Source: Octopus sinensis
Taxonomy: Eukaryota
Reading direction: 5' to 3'
Assembly: GCF_006345805.1 (NCBI RefSeq)
Contig: NW_021827492.1
Coordinates: forward strand, 1-28,121
DNA length: 28,121 nt
Shown here: positions 9,553 to 20,074 of the stretch, piece by piece
Position numbering within the stretch: position 1 is the stretch's first letter
Layout: each line of letters begins with the position of its first letter
Program-made: the position numbers and the translations under genes
The notes under the pieces: model-generated
Told to the model about the DNA's origin: nothing
Database searches by the model: none
Seen by the model: only the letters and a program-made list of their open reading frames with translations

Positions 9553-10039
9553 TGAATGAGCTACACTAATTTGTGAATCCACCTCTGATACGTGGCACTT
9601 GATCAACAAGGGAGTTTGATGCTGCTATATATATATATATATATATTACATACACATATACGACATACATACATATTATCATCATCCTCATCATATATAT
9701 CTATATTTATGTGTGAGTTGCATGTGTGCATATGCAAGTGTGAGTGTATGCATGTGTGTAAATGCAAGCATGCATATATAGAGGTGTATGTGTTCATGTA
9801 TATGAATGTATACATTTGTATGTATATATATAAGTGTGCATGTGTGAATGCATAAATGTATATGTATATGTGTAAGTGCTTGCACGTGTATGTATGTTAG
9901 TATATATGTGTGAAAGTAGTGTGTATATACTAATATACATTATATATGCATGAGTACAAGTGAGTGTATATGAGTAATGTGCACAAGAGGGTGTATAGGC
10001 ATTATGTATGTTTGCAAGTAAGTGAAAGCATGTCTTTAA

Positions 10040-10260
10040 ACCTCTCGTTACCAACCCGGCTGAAACCAGCTCTGGCTCTTTAGTACAAATGTCTTGTTTT
10101 CATAAATTTTGAATTCAAATCTTCCACCAAATCTTGGTTAAAATTTATGTTCTTTACACTGGCTTAATGATAACTAAATTATTTTACTAAATTCTTTGTT
10201 ATATTTAAAATAATTGAAAGAAACACAGAGCATCTCAAAATAAATACAGTAACGAAAGGG
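10040..10260. mobile_element. piggyBac-type MITE (221 bp) with TTAA target duplication
   Basis: TTAA (10036-39)|ACCTCTCGTTAC...GTAACGAAAGGG|TTAA (10261-64). The 12-bp TIRs have 2 mismatches; the CCC/GGG-type terminus plus TTAA is piggyBac-like. Confidence 0.75.
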
Positions 10261-10950
10261 TTAAGGATGTTGTATATATAATATGATTTTGTGTACCAGT
10301 ATGTATATACATGTATTTGTGTGTATGCATGTATACCAGTAGGTACATATATGCATTATATAAATGTATATGAGTAAGCATGTGTGTCTATATGTGTGCA
10401 ACGTAGTTGTATGCATTGGTGTCTGTAATGTATATATACACATGTAAGCGTGGATGTGTATATATATATGTGCATGTATGTATGAACATGTGCTTTTGTA
10501 TATGTGTACGAAGATTTATGCTTTAGGTGTAGATGTGCATATGTGTGCATTTATATACATGTATATATGTGCATGCATATGTATGTGCAACTGTGTTTAT
10601 GTACATACACATACATGTATGCATGCGTGCATTATGTGTACATGTGTTCAAATGTATATGAATGTGTATGCAGGCATGTATATGTAAATGTGCATGTGTG
10701 CATGAATGCGTTATTTTTGTTTTAGGCCTCACCCACTTCCCCATCAAAATCCCACATCAATAATTTAGGGGCTCAGAATGATCTTCGGGTCTTTCGAAAC
10801 TTTGTAATTATAATTATTCCAGTCTAATAGCTTATTTTATGTAAGTAACAATTTTTTTTCTCATTTTTTTCAGTTTCTATTTATGCAAGCATGTACATAT
10901 GCACACACACACACACACACATATATAGGCACATGCATTTGTGTAACATG

Positions 10951-10986
<36 letters not shown>

Positions 10987-11520
10987 TATACATCATCTCC
11001 AAACACATATACACATATGTACATCATCTCCAAACCTTCCAATACATATATATATATACATATATATACACACACAATTGTGTATGTGTGTGTATATATA
11101 TATATACACATACATACACACACATATATATACACACACAATTGTGTATATGTATATATGTGTGTATAATATATATATGCATATATATATTATACACACA
11201 TTCATACTTACATATGCATCATATATATAGGCATATGTTCATATATATTCCCTCTCTCACTCTTGCCTCTGTATGTGTGCGTATTTAATTTTATCCACAT
11301 TAATATCATCATCACCATCACTGCTGCTGTTGTTGTTGTTGTTGTTGTTACACCTATTTTATTGAATGAGCAATCTCTCTTCCAATTCCCCGAAGAAAGG
11401 CATCACGGCAGTTTAGAAATTACAAGCCTGGAATTGAACCCCTCTCCACATCTGCAAAATCACACAAACAGACATAGATGCACACACAGAGACATGTGTG
11501 TGCCCTCACACCCAATCATC

Positions 11521-11744
11521 TATTTCTTTATTGCCCACAGGGGGCTAAACATAGAGGGGACAAACAAGGACAGACAAAGGGATTAAGTCAATTACATCGA
11601 CCCAGTGCGTAACTGGTACTTATTTAATCGACCCCGAAAGGACGAAAGGCAAAGTTGACCTCGGCGGAATTTGAACTCAGAACGTAGCGGCAGACGAAAT
11701 ACGGCTACACATTTCGCCCGGCGTGCTAACGGTTCCGCCAGCTC
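11521..11744 (-). mobile_element. tRNA-derived SINE (Meta-domain-like), near full length, 16-bp TSD
   Basis: Head GAGCTGGCGGAA, B-box-like GAGTTCAAATTCC, and central GGTCAACTTTGCCTTTCGTCCTTTCGGGGTCGAT..AAGTACCAG (Meta-like as recalled). TSD CTCACACCCAAYCATC at 11505-11520 and 11742-11757, 1 mismatch. Confidence 0.9.
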
Positions 11745-12065
11745 ACACCCAACCATCGTCCTGCCTTCCCTCTTTATAGAAAGGTCTTTGTACTGAAAGC
11801 TGTGAGGGTGCATGCATTGCCTTGCGTAAATGTATACGTGTGTATGAGCGTATGTAATTGTCTGTGCGTATGAAGGTATGCATGTGTGTATGAGGGTATG
11901 TGTATGTGTGTGAGAGAGAGAGAGAGAGAAAGACTTTGTGTGTCTGGCTTTCTGTTTGTCTGTCTGCATCTGTGTGTATGTGTGCATATGGCAATTTGTC
12001 TGTGTCTGTGTGCATGTGTTTGCATATGTGTGCGTTTTTGTGAAAGGTTATTTGCCAGCTTCTTC

Positions 12066-12380
12066 TTATGTATGTATGTATGTATGTATGTATGTATGTA
12101 TGTATGTATGTATGTATGTATGTATGTATGTATATATGTATGTATGTATGTATTGGTGTATGTATGTATGTATATATGCATGTATGTATATATGTATGTA
12201 TGTATGTATGTATTTGTGTATGTATGTATGTAAGTACGTACGTACGTATGTATGTATGTATGTATATATTGGTGTATGTATGTATATATGTATGTATGTG
12301 TGTATGTATTGGTGTATGTATGTATATATGTATGTTTGTATGTATGTAGGTAGGTATGTATGTATGTATGTATGTATTGG
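12066..12380. repeat. (TATG)n tetranucleotide microsatellite with interspersed TATTGGTG variants
   Basis: Direct observation; source of the MYVC/HTYI pseudo-ORFs. Confidence 0.95.
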
Positions 12381-12479
12381 TGTATATATGTGCACGTGTA
12401 TGTATTTATGCATAGATGCATTGTATGTATTGTATATATGTCCATGTATACCGCCTTCCTACCTATCTACCTATCTATC

Positions 12480-12524
<45 letters not shown>

Positions 12525-12585
12525 ACATATATATATGTATGCATGTATGTATGAATCTATGTATAGATATTTGTATTATGTATTT

Positions 12586-12622
<37 letters not shown>

Positions 12623-13029
12623 ACGTATCTTATCTGTCTGTGTGTCTGTCTGCCTGTGTCATTAGTGTTAAAGCTCTTTACATGATAGATTGCTAATTAA
12701 CATGAGGGTGTGGTGTGGCCAAGAGTGTGAAAGGAAGGGAGAGGAGAGGAGATTGTAGAGGAACAAATGATGCTTGGGGGGGGTGATGTGGTGGTGAGAG
12801 GTAGATATAGACAATGCCCCCCCCCAACATACCACCAAACCGGTCATCAACACAACCACGACCAGCACCAGGACCACTAACACCCCTGTACTATAATTGT
12901 AGCATACAGCCAAAATGCAACCACAAGAATCACTACCACCACCACCACTACCACCACCTCAACCACCACCACCACCACCACCACCATGCAATCTGCAGGT
13001 GGAGTATGCAACCCCTGTCAGTACTTAAG

Positions 13030-13259
13030 GTGGCGAGCTGGCAGAAATGTTAGCACACCGGGCGAAATGCGTAGCAGTATTTCGTCAGCCACTATGTTCT
13101 GAGTTCAAATTCCGCCAAGGTCGACTTTGCCTTTCATCCTTACGGGGTCGATAAATTAAGTACCAGTTACGCACTGGGGTCGATATAATCAACTTATTCC
13201 GTTTGTCTGTCCTTATTTGTCCTCTCTGTGTTTAGCCCCTTGTGGGTAGTAAAGAAATA
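13030..13259 (+). mobile_element. tRNA-derived SINE (same family as 11521-11744), 10-bp TSD
   Basis: Collinear with the 11521 copy; TSD AGTACTTAAG at 13020-13029 and 13260-13269. Confidence 0.9.
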
Positions 13260-13480
13260 AGTACTTAAGCTATTGAAAGGCCAAAATAACAAGGCCTGGG
13301 TTGGAACCTGGCAATAATAACAATAAAATTAAATTTCTTGTCCAGGTGGTGCTATAAGGTCAGTCATGGTCTGGGCCAATGCTAGCTGAAACCTATCTAA
13401 GTATCTAAGTATACATATATATATGAGTACATACGCACACACACCACACCACCACCACCACCACCACCACCACCACCACC

Positions 13481-14035
13481 ATAATCATTCATTGTCCCTT
13501 TTCCATGCTGGCATGGGTTAGATGGTTTGACTGGAGCTGGTCAGCCAGAAAGGTGCACCAGACACCAGTCGTCTGATTTGGCTTGGTTTCTATGACTGGA
13601 TACTCTTCCTAATGCCAACCACTTGAGAGAATGTACTGGGTGCCTTCTACATGTCACCTGCATGGGTGCCTACCGCATGTCACCTGCATGGGTGCCTACC
13701 ACATGTCACCTGCATGGGTGCCTACCACATGTCACCTGCATGGGTGCCTTCTACATGTCACCTGCATTGGTGCCTATCACATGTCACCTGCATGGGTGCC
13801 TACCACATGTCACCTGCATGGATGCCTACCACATGTCACCTGCATGGGTGTCTTCTACATGTCACCTGCATGGGTGCTTATTACGTGCCATTGGTACTGG
13901 CCATGACCACAATTCACTTAGCTTGATGTATCTTCTTAAGAAAGAGCAAGTTGCCAAAAGTCTCCATCACTGGTCATCTCTTAGTGGGGCTGCACAATTG
14001 AAGATCATATTTCACCACCTCATCCCATATCTTCC

Positions 14036-14038
<3 letters not shown>
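13481..14038 (-). mobile_element. 5'-truncated RTE LINE (family 1): last ~40 codons of ORF2 plus 3' UTR with internal tandem expansion
   Basis: Minus-strand RKIWDEVVKYDLQL..EMTSDGDFWQLA.LKKIHQAK* (14038 to ~13914, with frameshifts), homologous to the 7451-7570 segment; UTR matches the other copies. Confidence 0.85.
13641..13885. repeat. 26-bp tandem array, 9 units, with 4-unit (104-bp) higher-order pattern
   Basis: ATGTCACCTGCA starts at 13651, 13677, 13703, 13729, 13755, 13781, 13807, 13833 and 13859. The TTCTAC variant precedes units 1, 5 and 9. Confidence 0.95.
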
Positions 14039-14083
<45 letters not shown>

Positions 14084-14547
14084 CAGAGTGTGATAGAGAG
14101 AGACTGACAGACAGACAGACAGAGTGAGGGGAGTGTGTAATTTAATGCTAGTTTTGAAAACTGACCCAAAAGCAATGCTTCTGATTGCTTTTGGCTGTTT
14201 ATCGAACATTCTGGAAATGTTCCGTTTCAAGAAATTCACAAGAAAAATATCCAACATCACATACACATGAATACGTGCGTGTATTTGTACAAGCAGATGC
14301 ACACACACACACACACATATATACACATATGCACTTATGCACACACAGTCATATAAACACATAAACACACAACTCATATATAACACACACTCACACAGAT
14401 GCACACACATACATATTTAGGGTTATATGATTTGCATATATAAATAAATTTCTCATTAATCTAGACATATATGAATGTAATAACATTAATATGCAGATAT
14501 AGGTCTATTTAAATACTAATATTCACCTAAGTAACATCTATGAATGG

Positions 14548-14605
<58 letters not shown>

Positions 14606-14765
14606 GTACACATATATATATACTATCTATCTATATACACACACATATGTCTGAATGTATGTATATATAAACATTTGCTTATATATAAATTATATATTCA
14701 TGTATATATGTACATTTATATATGTATATGTGTGTTGTGTGTGTGTGTGTGTACATACACATATA

Positions 14766-14969
14766 GGCGTGGCTGTGTGGTAAGAAGATTGCTTCCCAAC
14801 TACATGGTTCTGGGTTCAGTCCCACTACATGGCACCTTGGACAAGTGTTTTCTACTATAGCCTCAGGCCGACCAAAGCTTTGTAAGTGAATTTGGTAGGC
14901 GGAAAATGGAAGAAGTCCATCATATATACATATATATATATATAAATATAAATTCAGGGTGAATATTTG

Positions 14970-15010
<41 letters not shown>

Positions 15011-15229
15011 TTATGTATAAATTTATGTGTGTGTCTTTGTGTCTGTCTTTGTTCCCCTACCATCTCTTGACAACCGATGTTGGTGTGTTTACATCCCCCT
15101 AAATTAGTGGTTCAGCAAAAGAAACATAGAATACAAAGAATAAGTCCTGGGGTTGATTTGTTTCACTAAAGGTGGTGCTCCAGCATAGCCACAGTCAGAT
15201 GGCTGAAACAAGTAAAAGAATAAAAGAAT
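14766..15229 (+). mobile_element. tRNA-derived CORE-like SINE with internal (TA)n/(TG)n tract and 3' tail
   Basis: A box TGGCTGTGTGG (14770-80), B box GGTTCAGTCCC (14813-23), and CORE-like CCTTGGACAAGTG. Internal microsatellite at ~14922-15030; tail GGTGCTCCAGCATAGCCACAGTC..GCTGAAACAAGTAAAAGAATAAAAGAA. Confidence 0.8.
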
Positions 15230-15262
15230 ATATATATATATATGTATGTATGTATATATATA

Positions 15263-15350
15263 TGGCTGTGTGGTAAGTAGCTTGCTTACCAGCCACATGG
15301 TTCCGGGTTCAGTCCCACTGCGTGGCATCTTGGGCAAGTGTCTTCTACCA
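15263..15350 (+). mobile_element. CORE-like SINE, 5' head only
   Basis: TGGCTGTGTGGTAAG...GGGTTCAGTCCCACTGCGTGGCATCTTGGGCAAGTGTCTTCTAC. Confidence 0.8.
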
Positions 15351-15377
15351 TTTTAAAAAAAAATTTTATTTCATCTA

Positions 15378-15416
15378 GTTTCAGCTCACGAGCTGTGGCC
15401 ATGCTGGGGCACCGTC
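15378..15416 (-). mobile_element. CORE-like SINE 3' tail fragment
   Basis: GTTTCAGCTCACGAGCTGTGGCCATGCTGGGGCACCG. Confidence 0.55.
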
Positions 15417-16109
15417 ATTTAGGGTAGTGTTACTATAGATAGATAGATCTATAAATATGTATGTATACATTACACATACACAAATACATACATGTATGCG
15501 CGCGCGTGTGTGTGTATATATATACATATACACACACATACATATATATATATATATGTATGTATGCATGCATGTATGTGTGCATATCTGTATGTGTGTC
15601 TGTTTATCTATATATACATGTGTATGTGAGCGTGTTTGTATATATGTCTGTGTATCTGTCTGTATGCATATGAATGTGTGTGTGTGTGTGTGTGTGTGTG
15701 TAGACAGTCACACATGACAGGTGATGCTTGTAATCTGCCACATCATATTTTGGTTTGGTCCATTTCACAGGCACTGCCCCATGACGAGAAAGTTCAAGTC
15801 AGGTCGAAGGGAATTCCATCACCCTTTAGCACAACTCCAGTCAGACAGTCACCTATTCACCTTACAAATTGGGGGCCCTACTGTTTTAGGTACATTTAGG
15901 GAGTTGCTGAAAATTAGCAGTTTAGGAGGAAGGTAAAAGATAGGGAAGAGGAGATGAGGGAGAAGGTAAGTTGGAATGTAAGAATGTAAAGAGATAGATA
16001 GGTTGGTAGTTAGATAAGCAGCTACATATATATGTACATATACATACTTGTGCGTGCACACACACACACACACACACACACATGAATATATATATATATA
16101 TATATATAA

Positions 16110-16290
16110 AGTTAATCCAAACATGAAAACACAAAGAGAAAACACGACAATGTGGCGAGGATGTGGAACAAATATAGTATTATTGGATGCTCAGGAAGGA
16201 AGCGGAGCTCTTCGTCAGAAACATAGGAAAAGGAAAGATCCAAAGAAGGGAAGATGGAGGGAAAAAAATCGCCAACGGTACACACACAGT
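16110..16290 (-). mobile_element. Diverged sibling of the (TA)n-anchored hammerhead-bearing repeat
   Basis: Minus strand TTTCTGACGAAGAGCTCCGCT-TCCTTCCTGAGCATCCAATAATAC parallels TTTCTGTAGAAGAGCGTAGGCTC...TTCCTGAGCGCTATACTAATAC, and ends at (TA)n. Confidence 0.6.
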
Positions 16291-16530
16291 CACATTTTGA
16301 ATGTATATGTATGTATGTAGAAGGTTGAAAAGGAATACATGAGGTAATGACCTTGAACCCACAAGAGTAAACAAGAGAGACAGAGACAGGCAGAAACAAG
16401 GAAAATGCCCCTTGTATTTGAATACTATGCAAATATTCTTTAAAAAACTTTTCTTTTAATTTTTTCCAAAATTTAATTGTTTTCCATACTTACGGTTGAA
16501 AAAGTCTCAATGACTGAAACCGGTACTGAA

Positions 16531-16612
<82 letters not shown>

Positions 16613-16614
16613 AA

Positions 16615-16809
16615 GGGAAAATTTATGAAAATAAACAAAAGACGAAGGCAGGTAGTGTACAAACAAACAGATGTATTAGTATAGCGCTCAGGAATAGAAA
16701 AAATCTTTTATGTTTCGAGCCTACGCTCTTCTACAGAAAGGTACACAGAAAAACAAGGAGAGAAACAAGGAGAGGAAAAAAGTGTGTGTAGTAGCTAACG
16801 ATCTATCAT
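16615..16809 (-). mobile_element. (TA)n-anchored hammerhead-bearing short repeat, copy C
   Basis: Collinear with 3151-3352; shares the ATGATAGATCGTTAGCT 5' end with copy A. Confidence 0.8.
16704..16741 (-). ncRNA. Minimal type I hammerhead-like motif (CUGUAGA core, AUA triplet)
   Basis: Minus strand CCUUU-CUGUAGA-A-GAGC(GUAG)GCUC-GAAA-C-AUA-AAAGA. Confidence 0.5.
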
Positions 16810-16897
16810 ATAACTCAGAAAACAGAAAAAAAACTGGGAAAAAGAAAAAGAAAAACAGACGACGTGAGGACGTAGCACAAGCAATGTATTAATATGA

Positions 16898-17075
16898 CAC
16901 CAACTACACTCTCGGAGTGGTTGGCGTTAGGAAGGATATCCAGCTGTAGAAACATTTGCCAGATCGGATTGGAGCTTGGTGCAGCCTTCTAGCTCGCCAG
17001 CCCTCAGTCAAACCATCCAACCCATGCCAACATGGAAAGCGGATGTTAAACGACAATGATGATGATAATGATGAT
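16898..17075 (+). mobile_element. RTE LINE 3'-UTR-only copy with (GAT)n tail
   Basis: CTACACTCTCGGAGTGGTTGGCGTTAGGAAGGATATCCAGCTGTAGAAAC...ACCCATGCCAACATGGAAAGCGGATGTTAAACG, then (GAT)n. Confidence 0.85.
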
Positions 17076-17095
17076 TATGTATACATACATATACA

Positions 17096-17680
17096 TTTAT
17101 TATTTAAAACAGTTTGATTCAGTTCTGTGTGACCTCAAGTTTCCCAGGCCTCCTTAGAAGAGCCCATCTCTTTCTGGCTTTGAATTGCCAAATGAAGAGG
17201 TACAGGAAGGCCAAGATAGCTACACTGAGGCCTTTATTATCTTCATAGTGCAGTGACTTGTACTAACTCATCTGCTCTGAGATGTTTTTTAGCAGGTTGA
17301 GAATGATTTTTCCCTAAGGAGGAATTTCAATGACTTTCAAGCCATTTTTGATCTTCCCGCTTCAGTCATATATAGAAGCTGGCTTTTTCGACCGCCTCCT
17401 GTACTCCCCTTATTAGTTTCTGCAGCTCGGAGCTAGAAAAAACAAATTTTCTTTTGAAAAGTATTGTCATTTTCCTTTCAATGACGCCTCTAGCCCCCAC
17501 TGCCAGGTGATAATATTCGACATTCCATCCCTGTTCTCTGCATTCTTCGATTAGTTTTTCATACCTCTTCTCCTTTCGTTCCTCTGCATTGCCGATGTTC
17601 TCTTCCCAAGGTACTGTCAGTTCTAGTAAAATTCCTATTCTCCGTTCTCTGTCTTGCAATGTTTGTACGCCTTCTCATAA
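17096..17680 (-). pseudogene. R2-superclade (HERO-like) non-LTR retrotransposon 3' fragment: restriction-like endonuclease remnant plus probable 3' UTR
   Basis: GILLELTVPWEENIGNAEERKEKRYEKLIEECREQGW..LAVGARG..ASFYI*LKREDQKW. The ELTVPWEE / K..Y..L..C...GW pattern is typical of HERO-type RLE. TGA at 17368-17366 probably replaces TGG; the likely true stop is 17329-17327. Left boundary is inferred. Confidence 0.8.
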
Positions 17681-17804
17681 GAACTTTTCTCTCCCTGGGA
17701 ACCTTGTTTTTATGTGCAGTGGTATCTGAGACAAAATTGTAACACATGGCTTGCATTATAGACATGAAAGTTTTCAATTTCATGTCTATGTCAGTTGTAG
17801 AAAG

Positions 17805-17942
17805 ACATTGGAACCACTCACAGGGGCTTTGGTCAGCCTGGGGCTGTAGCAGAAGGCACTTACCCAAGGTGCCAACAAGTTAGATTGCACCTGGAACCAA
17901 GGAGTTGGGAAGCAAACTTCTTACTACACACCCACACCTGCA
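17805..17942 (-). mobile_element. CORE-like SINE head/body, decayed
   Basis: GGCTTTGGTCAGCC..GAAGGCACTTACCCAAGGTGCC..GGGAAGCAAACTTCTTACTACAC is the reverse complement of the 14766 head. Confidence 0.7.
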
Positions 17943-18103
17943 CCGATTCCACTTAAAGTGACCACCACTCCTTCCCATGAAATATAATTCTTCATGTGTT
18001 CTTTGTACAACACTTAAAAAGTCCAACTCTTTCTACACCAGATACTTAAACAGAGTGGAACTCATGCAAGGTATATTAATTCCAGCTAATTAGTTCCTGC
18101 TTC

Positions 18104-18143
<40 letters not shown>

Positions 18144-18303
18144 ATAAATAGACAGATATAGATATATGAGAATGTAAGATAATCTGTAATATGTATTCTC
18201 AAAGTATATACACTGATATGAATCTTGACCAATGAGAAAATAATATACACACACAGATATGTATACATTGCATACATGCATGCCTGCATACATACATACA
18301 TAT

Positions 18304-18338
<35 letters not shown>

Positions 18339-18605
18339 TACACACACACACACACACATAAACTATGCCTGTATGTATGTATGTAAGTGTGTGATATCTG
18401 TTTATGTGTGTGTGTGTGGTGGGGTATGTGGGTGTTAAATTTAATCCCTACTGGCCCACCTCTAACATAATAAGAGTATATTTAGGTGTTATTTTAAGGT
18501 AAATCAGTAAACAATAGGTATCAAGTGACATATGACCCTGGGGGCGGTGGGGTGATGAATAGTTTTGAGGGTTTTTGGGATTTTGATGTGAGAAAATAAC
18601 TTAAA

Positions 18606-18789
18606 CTGTTGAAGCACCTGGTACATTCTGTAAAGTGGTTGGTGTCAGGAAAAGCATCTAACTGAAGAAACCATGCCAAATGAGACCGGATCCTGGTGCA
18701 GTTCTCTGGGTTGTCAGCTTTGGTCAAACCATCCAACCCATACTAGCACGGAGAACAGATATTAGATGACAATGATAATGATGATGATG
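18606..18789 (+). mobile_element. RTE LINE 3'-UTR-only copy, decayed
   Basis: AAGTGGTTGGTGTCAGGAAAAGCATCTAACTG...AAACCATCCAACCCATACTAGCACGGA, then (GAT)n. Confidence 0.75.
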
Positions 18790-18820
18790 ATATATATATA
18801 TGTGTGTGTGTGTGTGTGCG

Positions 18821-18872
18821 TGCATGGCCGCAGTCAAATGACTGAAACAAGTAAAAGAGAAAGAGAAAGAGA
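18821..18872 (+). mobile_element. CORE-like SINE 3' tail fragment
   Basis: GCATGGCCGCAGTCAAATGACTGAAACAAGTAAAAGAGAAAGAG. Confidence 0.7.
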
Positions 18873-19273
18873 ATGCCTAACATCTCTCCCAATTCACTGG
18901 CACTTTGTCAAATATGTACACTTACATTACACATCCAGGGGAGCATATTAGCCTCATTCTTCTCTAACCTTTACACATCTTCTGCATTTAGGGTCCATGA
19001 CTTACTACCATGCAGAATTACTGTCCGCATACATGCATCATACACTCTGCCTTTCACTTGGAGAGGGAAACCTTTTGTAGACAACAGAGGTAAAAGGTCT
19101 CTGAAGTTCCTCCATCTTATTCTTATTCTAGCTATTACACTCTCTGTGCATCCCGCTTCACTATTAATTTGGTCCCCTAGGTTGCAGAAATTATCTATGA
19201 CTTCTATTGAGCCACCAAGGCATTTAAGAGAATCAATTTCCCAAGCCCCTATAGTTTTTATGGATCCTGTGCA
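18873..19273 (-). pseudogene. RTE-clade LINE (family 1) ORF2 internal fragment (end of RT domain and thumb region)
   Basis: My translation is ..SIEVIDNFCNLGDQINSEAGCTESVIARIRIRWRNFRDLLPLLSTKGFPLQVKGRVYDACMRTVILHGSKSWTLNAEDV*RLEKNEANMLPWMCNVSVHI*QS.. Single frame with stops at 18973-71 and 18910-08; its C-terminal part overlaps the 7809-7740 peptide. Confidence 0.9.
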
Positions 19274-19285
19274 TATATATATATA

Positions 19286-19496
19286 TCATCATCATCATCG
19301 TTTAACATCCACTTTCCATGCTAGCATGGGTTGGACGGTTCGACTGGGGTCTGGGAAGCCAGGAGGCTGCACCAGGCTCCAGTCTGATCTGGCAGTGTTT
19401 CTACAGCTGGATGCCCTTCCTAATGCCAACCACTCTGTGAGTGTAGTGGGTGCTTTTTACGTGCCACCGGCACAGGTGCCAGGCGAGGCTGGCACC
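19286..19496 (-). mobile_element. RTE LINE 3'-UTR-only copy, relatively well preserved
   Basis: (CAT)n tail plus UTR; 5' end coincides with the hairpin GGTGCCAG/CTGGCACC (19475-19496). Confidence 0.85.
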
Positions 19497-20074
19497 AAGA
19501 GAGAGAGAGAGATAAATAATACTTATGTATATACATTTATATGTCTGTGTGTGAGTGGCATGTATAGGAGAAAATATTTGAATGTATTTACAGATGCTTA
19601 TTTGTATATGTGTGTGTGTGTGTGTGTGTGCATAACCAACACATACGTGTGGGAGGACAGCATATACAATGTCAGTGGTGTATAAATATATATCCAGCTA
19701 TAAGAACCCTGTGAACACAATGGTATGTCTATGGATATATATGCATGCATGTCTATATACATGCATATGTATATGCATATGTGTGCAAGTATGTGTGTTG
19801 GTATTTATATATGTATTCATGTGTGTGTGTGTGTGTGTGTGGTGTAGATGGTTGCAGCAAGGCATGGATTGTCAGGGATTTATAGTTGAAAGTGAAACCA
19901 TGTTTCACATGCAATGAAGAATGAATACAAAAACAAGAAACAACAAGAAATGCAGAGCAACAATAAGAACATCTGCAACAACATTTGCAAAAGCAACAAT
20001 AATGTCAACAGACACAACATCCATAGAAAACAAAAAAAAAACAACTGTTTTCAACAATAACAAATAACTACTAC

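Noticed and set aside
10780-10800. C(UUCG)G tetraloop hairpin followed by GAAAC
   Set aside because: Only a 4-bp stem, no CUGANGA, and wrong spacing for a hammerhead; compatible with chance.
10726-10840. TTTTAG|...|GTAAGT bounded segment on the plus strand
   Set aside because: Stops occur in all three frames; cannot be a coding internal exon, and there is no evidence for a non-coding one.
11430-11440. Perfect Pol III B box (GGTTCAATTCC, minus strand)
   Set aside because: No A box or tRNA-like fold nearby; probably an orphan SINE relic or chance.
15771-15906. Overlapping candidate exons on both strands
   Set aside because: Mutually conflicting, weak or moderate donors, and no recognisable peptide.
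16494-16525. Candidate 32-nt microexon on the minus strand (TTTCAG|...|GTAAGT)
   Set aside because: Poor pyrimidine tract (TA repeat), length not divisible by 3, and the core GTTTCAGTCATT matches the SINE tail.
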